From IMG/VR virus record IMGVR_UViG_3300049460_000312, positions 1-64,000 of that record: DNA of 64,000 nucleotides, one strand, 5' to 3'. Positions 9,633 through 18,043 of this stretch are shown piece after piece. The notes under the pieces were generated by a model, which did no database searches, was not told the origin of the DNA, and saw only the letters and a list, made by a program, of their open reading frames with translations. The first letter of the stretch is position 1; each line of letters starts with the position of its first letter. A program made the position numbers and the translations under genes.

Positions 9633-10106
9633 CTACGAGCACAGCTGGACAATCGCCACGCCGTAACGATTGAGCGCACTGCGCTGCTGGTTCTGCTGTT
9701 CCATCTGACGCTCTAGCGCAACCATACTGTTCATGGCGGACAGCGTATCGGTATCCACCAGCTTCGCATCCAGATCATGCAGATACTTAGTGGCAGCTTC
9801 TTCCGTCACAAACATCCGGCTGTACATAGCGTACTGCTCAAAGTCCGGTCCCACACCGACACTCGCACACGAGATGCAATGGCGCCGACGCGCCGTCGCG
9901 ATGCTGTACTCGGTCACCGTGTGAAACACAAACGTCCAAAGACGACCACCGCGTTGGGTGATCGCTTTATACGGGCGCCCTGCCAGGGTAGCACGCACTG
10001 GCGCGAGCGCGTGGATCTGACCCGCGTACTTCAATGCCGCTACCATCCAAACTACCCGGCCCTGCCGAATATCTTCAAACTTTAACTTACCCGCCTTTGT
10101 CGGCAT
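9633..10106 (-). CDS. Hypothetical protein
   Basis: 157 aa ORF with AAGGA RBS. Confidence 0.75.
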   Translation of the reverse strand: MPTKAGKLKFEDIRQGRVVWMVAALKYAGQIHALAPVRATLAGRPYKAITQRGGRLWTFVFHTVTEYSIATARRRHCISCASVGVGPDFEQYAMYSRMFVTEEAATKYLHDLDAKLVDTDTLSAMNSMVALERQMEQQNQQRSALNRYGVAIVQLCS

Positions 10107-10122
10107 TGTTCTTTTTCCTTTT

Positions 10123-10365
10123 TTAGTGCGCAGAAACAGCCAGACCCCGGAGATATTCCAATGCTTCGTTCAGCACCAGATCGAGGTCCGTATAGGTTTC
10201 GGTGAAGTAGACCGGAAGGCCGAGGGTAACTGCCGCCATCGACATGAACCATCGGTCCTCGCCTTCGCCTTCTTCACAGCTGATATCGTAGCCCAGATCG
10301 TGAGCCCGAGCTATGGCATGGACTTCGTTCAACTTCTCGACGTGTTCGATCCAGTGGAACGTCAT
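10123..10365 (-). CDS. Hypothetical protein
   Basis: 80 aa ORF tightly packed between neighbours, GGAG RBS. Confidence 0.7.
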   Translation of the reverse strand: MTFHWIEHVEKLNEVHAIARAHDLGYDISCEEGEGEDRWFMSMAAVTLGLPVYFTETYTDLDLVLNEALEYLRGLAVSAH

Positions 10366-10367
10366 CG

Positions 10368-10733
10368 CTACTCTCCGCGGTGATACGCAGCGAGCTTGCG
10401 GCGATGCGCTGCACAGAGGTCGTACACTGGACCCGCAGGTCCCTCATCCGGGTCGCGGCAAGGCCACACGCGCGCGGGAATGAGAGCTTTGCAATGGTCG
10501 CACCAGTTCTGCACCATGCCGGCTTGTTCAGCAGCGCGGGCGGCCTGGATTTGAGCGTTATACTTATCCAGACACTCCTGACAGTAATCGTTGAGCTCTG
10601 CACCCATCGAATCTGTTTCGCCTTGAATTCTGGCGACTGCCGGCCGTGCGTGATGGTGATCGCAGGCCATGCTAGGCGGCAGAGGGTGGCGGTGACCAGG
10701 TAGAGTGGAAGTAGGTCCAGTGACAGCGGCCAT
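10368..10733 (-). CDS. Cys/His-rich putative Zn-binding protein
   Basis: CDHH, CQEC, CDHC, CAAH motifs; AAGGAG RBS. Confidence 0.8.
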   Translation of the reverse strand: MAAVTGPTSTLPGHRHPLPPSMACDHHHARPAVARIQGETDSMGAELNDYCQECLDKYNAQIQAARAAEQAGMVQNWCDHCKALIPARVWPCRDPDEGPAGPVYDLCAAHRRKLAAYHRGE

Positions 10734-10777
10734 CTGTTGTTACTCCTTGGGTTAGTTAAGAGAGAGGAATACAAAGA

Positions 10778-11323
10778 CTATGCGGTGACGCGACCAACGA
10801 CTTTGTGCAACGTCGCCAGCAAGTCCTGAAAGAACACTTCCTTCGCTACACGGGTCGTGGTATCGCCGGAAAAGTTCACAGCGTTATACCAGTCAGCAGC
10901 TTCCCTGAGCGGCATCAAACGGTTGACAAAAGCCATGCGATACTTCGACAGTTCGGAGTGCGGAGGATGCGCAGTCTCAGCTACTGTCAGGGTATTGGCC
11001 CAACTGGCTTCATGCGCTAACTGGCGAGAGAGCAGCCGGGCTTGGAGATCCTGGTAAATCCGCACGAGGGTTGGCCAACCGTCTTCGGTTGACACCACCA
11101 TCACGTAAAACGTGTCCCAGCGCTTGGCGCGGATGCGATCGTGATCGTCATGCATTTCATCAGCGGCATGACCTTCACACGACCAGACCGGTGCGATATG
11201 TGGCAGCTGGTTAAAGAGCTTGGTTACTTCCGGCATGCGAGGATCGGCATTCTTAAAGCCGCTCCTTTCCCACACGTCGTGTCGTGCTTTAAAGAATTCT
11301 ACTTGCAGTTCTGTGGCGAACAC
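10778..11323 (-). CDS. Hypothetical protein with SCEGH motif
   Basis: 181 aa; LFNQLPHIAPVWSCEGH. Confidence 0.75.
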   Translation of the reverse strand: MFATELQVEFFKARHDVWERSGFKNADPRMPEVTKLFNQLPHIAPVWSCEGHAADEMHDDHDRIRAKRWDTFYVMVVSTEDGWPTLVRIYQDLQARLLSRQLAHEASWANTLTVAETAHPPHSELSKYRMAFVNRLMPLREAADWYNAVNFSGDTTTRVAKEVFFQDLLATLHKVVGRVTA

Positions 11324-11350
11324 TGCGTCTCCTGGGTTAGTTGAGAGAGA

Positions 11351-11611
11351 TTAAACGAGATGCGCTTTCAGGCCGGCAATCGGCAGCGCCTCAGCATTCA
11401 ACAAGGCGCTGCGCTGTGACATACCTTCCGCATAGTGCACCGAGAAACACACGAGTACCGGGTAGTGATACTCGTGGTACGACGGACCGCCGATAAAATC
11501 TTCCGCAAAGGGCAGGACGATACCCATGTAGTGCTTGCTGGCTTCCTCGAATCCTTCGCAGTCACGGGCGAGATAGAACGCACCGCCCAGATGTTCAAAG
11601 GGCTGTTGCAT
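11351..11611 (-). CDS. Hypothetical protein
   Basis: 86 aa ORF, AGGAGG RBS. Confidence 0.75.
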   Translation of the reverse strand: MQQPFEHLGGAFYLARDCEGFEEASKHYMGIVLPFAEDFIGGPSYHEYHYPVLVCFSVHYAEGMSQRSALLNAEALPIAGLKAHLV

Positions 11612-11620
11612 GATCGCCTC

Positions 11621-12007
11621 CTAACTGTTGACGGCCGGATCGTCGAACTCTTCGGTATTCTGCACTTCAATCGACCAGCGACCCGCTGCGACTTCCACTG
11701 CGCGTTCCTCGACTTCGCCACCGAGTTCCTGCGCCACCCGATACAGCAGGCGCGGATGAAACACGTGGTCGGAGATCTGGGCGTCGTTGTATTCACCGAG
11801 GACAGCGAGCACCACATCACTGTCGACCTTCTCGACATGACCGTCGGGCGTGATCACGTAGATCTCGTACCACTTGGTGTAGTTCTCCAGCGTGAGGATA
11901 GGCACCGACGCGGGCTGACCCACGTAGAGTAGCTGATGGCCGCGAGGCGAGTAGTAGGCACGCGGTGGCGATACCTGAGTGGAGGCAATTCTGACGGGGG
12001 AGTTCAT
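11621..12007 (-). CDS. Hypothetical protein
   Basis: 128 aa ORF, AAGGA RBS. Confidence 0.8.
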   Translation of the reverse strand: MNSPVRIASTQVSPPRAYYSPRGHQLLYVGQPASVPILTLENYTKWYEIYVITPDGHVEKVDSDVVLAVLGEYNDAQISDHVFHPRLLYRVAQELGGEVEERAVEVAAGRWSIEVQNTEEFDDPAVNS

Positions 12008-12069
12008 TTTACCGGTTTCCTTTAAATGAAGACAATTTTATGAATCACTACGATTCATACGGAGTCTTT

Positions 12070-12333
12070 ATGAAATTCGAACTCGAACTTATCGACGGCT
12101 GGAAGAAGTTCTATTCCATGTACTCGATCTGGTTTTTTGCTGCGCTCGGTAGTCTGCCGGACCTTTTCAATCTCGCCATTCAAAACGGCTTGATCACGAG
12201 CGCTAGCGCTCCCGAACTGCTCACCCGCGCAATCAATCTCGTTGCGTTCGTGGGCGCGGCTTCCCGCCTGGTGAAACAGAAGGCGCTGGCTGCTGAACAA
12301 ACGGCTGAACCGCCAGCCGGTTCCGCAAACTAA
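12070..12333 (+). CDS. Putative holin (two TM helices)
   Basis: LIDGWKKFYSMYSIW...RLVKQ pattern typical of a small phage holin family; GGAG RBS. Confidence 0.65.
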   Translation: MKFELELIDGWKKFYSMYSIWFFAALGSLPDLFNLAIQNGLITSASAPELLTRAINLVAFVGAASRLVKQKALAAEQTAEPPAGSAN

Positions 12334-12339
12334 AGCGGT

Positions 12340-12375
12340 GGAAGAGGGGCTTTGGCTCCTCTTCCTTTTATGCCG
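12340..12375 (+). terminator. Terminator with TTTTATGCCG tail
   Basis: GGAAGAGGGGC-TTTG-GCTCCTCTTCC-TTTTATGCCG between convergent genes. Confidence 0.85.
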
Positions 12376-12376
12376 C

Positions 12377-12757
12377 TCAGGCTTGTTTGTTAATGCGTTC
12401 CTGCATCTCTGTCAGCTGATCAAGCAGAAATGGACTTGCCTTGCGCAGTTCGAGCAACGGCAGCGTGGCAAAGTACACAGTGAAATCGTTACGGTAATGC
12501 GGGTCTTTGTAGGCCGTCGGAAACGTGTCGCGCGGGAAAGCCCTTTCCTGGACATCGCGCGGTAATAGTCGAGACATATCCCGCATTGTCCGGGTGACAA
12601 TCGCGGCTACTCGGCTCGGGCTGAGATCAAACCGCTCGGCCACCACTTTGTACGACAGGCCTTCCATCACTTGCTTGGTGACAGCGATCCGACGTTCCAT
12701 ATTCGGTCCTTTACGCAGATGCTGCCAAGCTCTTTCATCAAACAAACATTCTGGCAC
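12377..12757 (-). CDS. HTH protein (sigma-region-4-like), paralogue 1 of 3
   Basis: RIAVTKQVMEGLSYKVVAERFDLSPSRVAAIV; GTG start with GGAGG RBS. Confidence 0.8.
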   Translation of the reverse strand: MPECLFDERAWQHLRKGPNMERRIAVTKQVMEGLSYKVVAERFDLSPSRVAAIVTRTMRDMSRLLPRDVQERAFPRDTFPTAYKDPHYRNDFTVYFATLPLLELRKASPFLLDQLTEMQERINKQA

Positions 12758-12765
12758 ACTACCTC

Positions 12766-12951
12766 CTAACGAGCTGTACGAGAATCAAATACGTGCGAGA
12801 CTCGTGACTCTGGTGTCTGCACAAAACCTGTAGGGCTGTCGGAAAGTTCTAAGAGGTCAGCAATCACGTAAACGAACAAACAAAAGAAGCCTACGCGAAG
12901 GACCATTTTAAGTCTGCGGCGCGTGCGGCGACGAACCCGATACGGCTTCAT
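12766..12951 (-). CDS. Small Arg-rich single-pass membrane protein
   Basis: MKPYRVRRRTRRRLK followed by a hydrophobic segment; AAGGA RBS. Confidence 0.6.
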   Translation of the reverse strand: MKPYRVRRRTRRRLKMVLRVGFFCLFVYVIADLLELSDSPTGFVQTPESRVSHVFDSRTAR

Positions 12952-12961
12952 CGAGAATTCC

Positions 12962-13399
12962 TTACAACGACAACGACACTGGCTCACACCTAAAGAACGA
13001 CATCGGTACAGGACCCTTCATGGGCTGGACGGTGAGCTCATCCACTTTCATAAGCGTAGGAACAATGCGGCGCAACACTACTTCTTCCTCGTCCCGCAAC
13101 TTCTTGAACGGACCCTCGAAGTACACAAACTCCGACTGTTCCAATTCCCGAGGGATCTCCAGCTCATCCAGGATCTTGGCCATCGGTTTGTGCAACAACG
13201 CCACATAGCGCACGATATCCAGCGGCGTCTCAACCGAGTACGACTCGGCGTTGAGTTTCAGTGCTCGCCTGAATTCTTCGGGGCGAAACCGATGCGCCAT
13301 GTCGATCCGCTCTTTAAGCGTGTAGGCCTTAATAAGCTGTCGTCGATAGCCCGGGTACTCGCGGGTGGGACGGCCCGGAATCCATGTCATGCTAGTCAT
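12962..13399 (-). CDS. Hypothetical protein
   Basis: 145 aa ORF overlapping the upstream stop. Confidence 0.75.
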   Translation of the reverse strand: MTSMTWIPGRPTREYPGYRRQLIKAYTLKERIDMAHRFRPEEFRRALKLNAESYSVETPLDIVRYVALLHKPMAKILDELEIPRELEQSEFVYFEGPFKKLRDEEEVVLRRIVPTLMKVDELTVQPMKGPVPMSFFRCEPVSLSL

Positions 13400-13799
13400 T
13401 CTTCAATACTCCTGTGGTAGAGTTGGCGCACTCGCTGGCCTGACGAACAATCTCGTCCAGGTGCAGAGTCACGAATTCTTTTTCGGCAATCAGATCCGGT
13501 AACTTAAGCCAGCGCGGCTGCAGCTTGTCGGTTGTCCTATCATAGGCGTGTGGGTACTTTTCCAGAGTGAAGGGATGCTCACCCTTGCTCTCCCACAAGA
13601 CCTCGTTAAGTGCTGCTTCTAACGAGTGTCGTACCGCAGTCACTGACAACGACATCGAGCGCGCTACCACGCCGATGGGGACACCCTCCAGAAGCTGTCT
13701 CATCACTTCCATATTACGGGCCAGACGGGGATTTCGACCGTTTATTGAGCGGCCGTGCATCTGTTCACCTGTCAATGTCCGACGCCTAAGAGTACGCAT
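13392..13799 (-). CDS. HTH protein, paralogue 2 of 3
   Basis: RNMEVMRQLLEGVPIGVVARSMSLSVTAVRHSL. Confidence 0.8.
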   Translation of the reverse strand: MRTLRRRTLTGEQMHGRSINGRNPRLARNMEVMRQLLEGVPIGVVARSMSLSVTAVRHSLEAALNEVLWESKGEHPFTLEKYPHAYDRTTDKLQPRWLKLPDLIAEKEFVTLHLDEIVRQASECANSTTGVLKND

Positions 13800-13895
13800 T
13801 TTTAGCCTTCCTTACAGTCTGTAAGCGATTTTGGAGAGTTCACCCATCGTATGGAGCCCTCGCTCCACTAACTTTTTTCTTAAGTGAGTAAAGCA

Positions 13896-15380
13896 ATGTC
13901 GGACGCAACGACCAACACCGTAAATCAAGAAGTTGACCCTGCCGCTGAAGTAGCAATTGCAGCTGAAACGGTCGACACGAGCGTCCCCGCAACTCCGGAA
14001 GCAGCTCCTGCTGAGCAAGCCGCCGTCGTCGTGGATGAAGAACAACCTGGCCAACCTACCGATGCTACCGTCGCTGAATCGACGGACGCACAGGTCGTCG
14101 AAGCCCAACCCGCTGCGGATACGCCTGCTGTCGAAGCAGAAGCCCCTGCTGTGGAAGCACAACCCGAAGAAGCTGCACCGGTCGCTGTCGAAGCTGACCC
14201 GGTCGCCGAACAGCCTGCGGCCGATCCGGCGCAAGCCGAAGCACCTGTGGTGGCTGACGAAGCTCCGGCAGAACAAGCTGAGCAACCGGCTGCTACGAAT
14301 GAAGCTGCTCCGGCAGTCATCGAGCAACCCGCTGTGGAAACCCCGGCCGAAGTTCCGGCTGAGCAACCGGCAGAAGTGGCACCGGTTGAAGTGGAAGCAC
14401 CGGCAGTCGAAACCCCGGTTGACGCAGCGCCTGCTGAAGAGCAAGCTGCTGTCGAAGCCCCGGTCGAGACCGCAGTGGCGGAAACTCCCGCAGAACAGCC
14501 GGCCGAACAGGCTCCGGTTGCCGAGGCACCTGCTGTGGACGCGCCGGGCGCTGACACGCCCGTCGACGCTCCGGCAGCTGAAGCTCCTGCGCAGGAAGCT
14601 GCTGCTGATGCGCCTGCAGTCGACGCTCCGGTGGAAGCACCGGCAGCAGACCCGGTCGCTGAAGTTTCGGTCGAAGCACCTGCGGAGACTGCTGATGAAC
14701 CCGTTGCTGAACAACCTGCCGCTCAAGACCCTGTGGTCGACGAGCAACCTGCTGCTGCTGAAGTTCCGGCGGCATCCGACACTGCTGAAGCTGCTCCTGC
14801 AGCTGAAGAAGCTCCCGCTGTGGCGGATGATGCAGGCAGCCAAGATTCGGCGCCCGTAGTAGAAACCCCGGTGGAAAGCGCACCGGCCCAAGAAGAGGCA
14901 CAACAAGATGCAGCCCCTGTCTCGGGAGACGCTCCTGCAGCTTCGGATAACGGCGCTGATGCACCGGTCGTGGCGGAAGAACCCGCGCCCGTTGCAGCTG
15001 ACCCGGCTCCCGCAGCTGACGTACCTGCAGCGACGGATACCCCGGCAGATGCTGGCGAAACGCAACCCGCACCGGGAAGCGACGCTGGCGATGCAGAGGC
15101 TCCGGCTCCGGTAGTGGATCAACCCGCTGCTGACGCTCCCACAGAAACGCCTGTGGAAACGCCGGTCGACACGCCCGTGGACACTCCGGTGGAAGTGGCT
15201 CCGGTGGAACCCGTCGTGGTTGTGGTGAAGGAAGAAATTTCCCACCGCTTCCTCGAAGAGATCCGCCACGAGCTGACGGCATTCGAACACGAGATGATGG
15301 CTCGCGTCTTCGGCATCCTCTCGCGTATCAAGCCGCATCATCGTGAGAAGCTGTTCGAGCACTTCAAGAAGCATCGCTAA
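13896..15380 (+). CDS. Acidic Ala/Pro/Glu-rich low-complexity protein with a short His-rich helical C-terminus
   Basis: About 450 aa of degenerate AEQPA/VEAPA/ETPV repeats; followed by a terminator. Confidence 0.85.
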   Translation: MSDATTNTVNQEVDPAAEVAIAAETVDTSVPATPEAAPAEQAAVVVDEEQPGQPTDATVAESTDAQVVEAQPAADTPAVEAEAPAVEAQPEEAAPVAVEADPVAEQPAADPAQAEAPVVADEAPAEQAEQPAATNEAAPAVIEQPAVETPAEVPAEQPAEVAPVEVEAPAVETPVDAAPAEEQAAVEAPVETAVAETPAEQPAEQAPVAEAPAVDAPGADTPVDAPAAEAPAQEAAADAPAVDAPVEAPAADPVAEVSVEAPAETADEPVAEQPAAQDPVVDEQPAAAEVPAASDTAEAAPAAEEAPAVADDAGSQDSAPVVETPVESAPAQEEAQQDAAPVSGDAPAASDNGADAPVVAEEPAPVAADPAPAADVPAATDTPADAGETQPAPGSDAGDAEAPAPVVDQPAADAPTETPVETPVDTPVDTPVEVAPVEPVVVVVKEEISHRFLEEIRHELTAFEHEMMARVFGILSRIKPHHREKLFEHFKKHR

Positions 15381-15408
15381 GCTGCGAAAAAAGAAGTAAG
15401 CGGTAAGT

Positions 15409-15446
15409 AAGCCTCCTGGGCGCGAGCCCGGGAGGCTTTTATGCCG
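15409..15446 (+). terminator. Terminator with TTTTATGCCG tail
   Basis: AAGCCTCCTGGGC-GCGA-GCCCGGGAGGCTTTTATGCCG. Confidence 0.9.
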
Positions 15447-15547
15447 CTTTACAACAGCACGTACATCACAAAGCCGAATAACGGTACGATCCACCAGACA
15501 TACCAGTACACTGATCGTTTACCTTTCTCAGCACTCATGATAGCTCC

Positions 15548-15943
15548 TTAGCCCGTCTTGAATAAGGCATGGTATTCTTCCATCGCCCCTTGCAGCTTGG
15601 TGAGCAGATCCATCAAGTACTCTTTCTCCGCTCGTAACTGCTGAACCGTCAGGGCACGCGGCACAAAGTACACACGTTCCACGATCACGTTCCGGTAATA
15701 CGCATTCGGGCACTTGTCGCGCGTCCAGGGGCTGGACTGACCCAGCCACTCAGCGTAGCGAGCTGCATCCTTAACCAGGTACTCGACGATGTGTTTGACA
15801 TGGTTCTTGGAGAAGTGGTATTCAGCCCCCGCTTCCTGATAATCCATGCCTTCTAGCACCCGGCGGACAATCTCGATATTGCGCTTATAAAGCTTGGACC
15901 GAATCGCGTAATACTTCAGATGTCGACGAGTGGCGTCATCCAT
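15548..15943 (-). CDS. HTH protein, paralogue 3 of 3
   Basis: RNIEIVRRVLEGMDYQEAGAEYHFSKNHVKHIV. Confidence 0.8.
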   Translation of the reverse strand: MDDATRRHLKYYAIRSKLYKRNIEIVRRVLEGMDYQEAGAEYHFSKNHVKHIVEYLVKDAARYAEWLGQSSPWTRDKCPNAYYRNVIVERVYFVPRALTVQQLRAEKEYLMDLLTKLQGAMEEYHALFKTG

Positions 15944-16319
15944 CGGAACGGTCCTTTGCCAGGTCTAAATCAACTTCGTGCAGGCGAATGTTACCCGAGG
16001 GCAGAAACTCCGGCTGCAGTGCGTCGGTGCGGGGCTCCAGCACCCCGTCCCGGGTCTGCAGCACCGGACGTCCAAAGATCACCACGTTTTCATCTTTGTC
16101 CATCGTGGGGGCTTCGTCGCAAAGCTTCTTCCAACCATCGGCCTGCAACACACGTAACGACAGCTCAACCAGTTCCGGATCATTGGCTGGCACCAGGCGG
16201 TGCTGATCCATCAGCGCGTCGAGACACAGGTTGTGCGTCAGAGAAGACTCGGTCGGAGTCCCGGAAAGGTTGGATGAAGTATTGACTTTCGCTTCTTCGA
16301 GTGGCATTTCAGGCTTCAT
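15936..16319 (-). CDS. Hypothetical protein
   Basis: 127 aa ORF overlapping both neighbours, AAGGAG RBS. Confidence 0.7.
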   Translation of the reverse strand: MKPEMPLEEAKVNTSSNLSGTPTESSLTHNLCLDALMDQHRLVPANDPELVELSLRVLQADGWKKLCDEAPTMDKDENVVIFGRPVLQTRDGVLEPRTDALQPEFLPSGNIRLHEVDLDLAKDRSDG

Positions 16320-17100
16320 GCGTTTCTCCTTTCATCCGAGCGAATAGCAGACCCTTATCGCGCTCGGGACGGCTTGCATCCAGAATCTTCATCGCGACTC
16401 GCCAGAAGTGATCGAATCCGGCGTTGTCATTCGTCTCGCCCCACTTACTGCGAGGACGGTGGATCACGCCTTCGTGTGTACCCGGCTTGCGCATCGGGTC
16501 ATTGCGTGCCCGAAACGTTTCCAGCGCCAGATGAAACACGTTGGTCAGCGCGATGTCATGCTTCGACAACTCGTAGAGGGCGTGCATATGCCGCTCAGCC
16601 ATACGGTTGATATGGTTCAGACTGCCATGCGTGAGGTCCGCGTGGCCCGCCATCTCCATATCCGTGAAATGATGTCCGTAGAGGCCGTACATGTCTTCCA
16701 GCAGTCTGCCGCTATGGACGACAGGAAAGGCTGCCGGCCACGTCGCTACCGTGTGGCAGGCTTTCAGGTAATCCAGGACGCTGTGATGGAATGCGAACTG
16801 GTCGTCGCTGTAGATCAGCAGCATTGCGGCGGCCATATAGCGCAGATCCGCAATCACTTCCTGTTCAGGTTGGGTTGCGTAGACCTGCGACTTTACAAAG
16901 CCGTAGCCTCGCTGTTGCAAACCCGGCAAAAGGATCTCGTCAGGGATCTGGTACTTCTGCTGGACTTCTCGATATTCGGTCACGTCAGCAAAGCCGTCTT
17001 CCTTCACGATCGCCTTGATGTCGTCAAGTGCTTGCTCAACGATCGGGTTCGTGCGCTTGATCGGCGTCACGGTGACGGTCGGTTGCGGTGCATATTGCAT
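16309..17100 (-). CDS. Hypothetical protein
   Basis: ORF 16309..17157; likely start MQYAPQ at 17100. Confidence 0.8.
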   Translation of the reverse strand: MQYAPQPTVTVTPIKRTNPIVEQALDDIKAIVKEDGFADVTEYREVQQKYQIPDEILLPGLQQRGYGFVKSQVYATQPEQEVIADLRYMAAAMLLIYSDDQFAFHHSVLDYLKACHTVATWPAAFPVVHSGRLLEDMYGLYGHHFTDMEMAGHADLTHGSLNHINRMAERHMHALYELSKHDIALTNVFHLALETFRARNDPMRKPGTHEGVIHRPRSKWGETNDNAGFDHFWRVAMKILDASRPERDKGLLFARMKGETHEA

Positions 17101-17196
17101 CTTAAAAACCTTTGGATAGAAGAGAGAAAAGACGAGTGCCGACTTGCACTCGCACAATAGTGGGTCGTGGTTAATTACGTCTCTATGCTCAGATTA

Positions 17197-17217
17197 GTAA
17201 TATGTTGTTATCGAATC
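17197..17217 (-). promoter_or_regulatory. Putative early promoter
   Basis: Minus strand ...ACAACATATTAC, directly downstream of a terminator. Confidence 0.55.
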
Positions 17218-17225
17218 TTTCATTG

Positions 17226-17265
17226 CGGCATAAAGACCCGGGTCACCCCGGGCCTCTATGTTGCC
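17226..17265. terminator. Terminator with TTTATGCCG tail (minus strand) and TATGTTG (plus strand)
   Basis: CGGCATAAAGACCCGGG-TCAC-CCCGGGCCTCTATG. Confidence 0.8.
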
Positions 17266-17270
17266 ACCTG

Positions 17271-17570
17271 TCAGACCGGGGTGAATTCCGCTTCAAACAG
17301 TTCCGTGCGCACGCCTTGAACATTACCGCGCCAATCGATAGTCACGACATGACGAGGCGTAATGCCAAACGTGAAGCCGTGAATGTTGATGCGATACTGC
17401 TCATCGCTATCCTTAGCCACCGCGTAGTTGCGGAATTCATCTGCCCACATCTGACGCACAGCCGCACTTTCTTTCGGCCATTTACTGAAATCGCGCGGTT
17501 TAAGCGCCTTAGTGAACTCCCTGAAGGTCAGTGCTTCGTAGAGGTTCCCTTGTTTGTCACGGTACTGCAT
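17271..17570 (-). CDS. Small beta-rich phage protein, related to the N-domain of 18040..19122
   Basis: MQYRDK..YEALTF...ELFEAEFTPV; AAGGAG RBS. Confidence 0.8.
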   Translation of the reverse strand: MQYRDKQGNLYEALTFREFTKALKPRDFSKWPKESAAVRQMWADEFRNYAVAKDSDEQYRINIHGFTFGITPRHVVTIDWRGNVQGVRTELFEAEFTPV

Positions 17571-17578
17571 TGCGCTCC

Positions 17579-18043
17579 TTAATGACGGGTAAAGATGCCG
17601 GTAACGCGAACTGTTTCCGGCTGGGGTTCGGTTTGCCGCCAGCGATAGCGTTGACCGCCCTCGATGATGATGCCCTGGTCGTACTGGTCTTCTGCCTGCA
17701 TGATTTCAAGATCCGTCAGGGGCCGCATTGCCTGCCACTGATTTTCGCCAACTCGCGCGAAGAGCCAGTGAAAGTGCAATCCCTCACCGAAACCTACCGC
17801 CATGTCCGGGTTGTCCTGCACCCGAATCAGCTTCATCTTGGGATCAAGACCACGTACTTCCTGACGACCCCACTGACCTCGCTCCTGTGCGTCCAGGCGC
17901 ATCGAACAGGTAGCGAAGTCACACAGCGGGCCGTCGACATGCACACAACTGCCGCCAGCTTTGTCCTTGTAGACGCCACAGAGCTTGACCGGATCGGGTG
18001 GAAATGCAACAAGCTGCTTAAGCCAACCCACTAGCCGCTTCAT
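17579..18043 (-). CDS. Hypothetical protein with a Cys cluster
   Basis: 154 aa; C..C.HVDGPLCDF..C. Confidence 0.75.
   Translation of the reverse strand: MKRLVGWLKQLVAFPPDPVKLCGVYKDKAGGSCVHVDGPLCDFATCSMRLDAQERGQWGRQEVRGLDPKMKLIRVQDNPDMAVGFGEGLHFHWLFARVGENQWQAMRPLTDLEIMQAEDQYDQGIIIEGGQRYRWRQTEPQPETVRVTGIFTRH

Noticed and set aside
13812-15494. 560 aa minus-strand Arg/Cys/Phe/Ser-rich ORF
   Set aside because: Antisense mirror of the Ala/Pro/Glu repeat gene; the terminator orientation supports the plus strand
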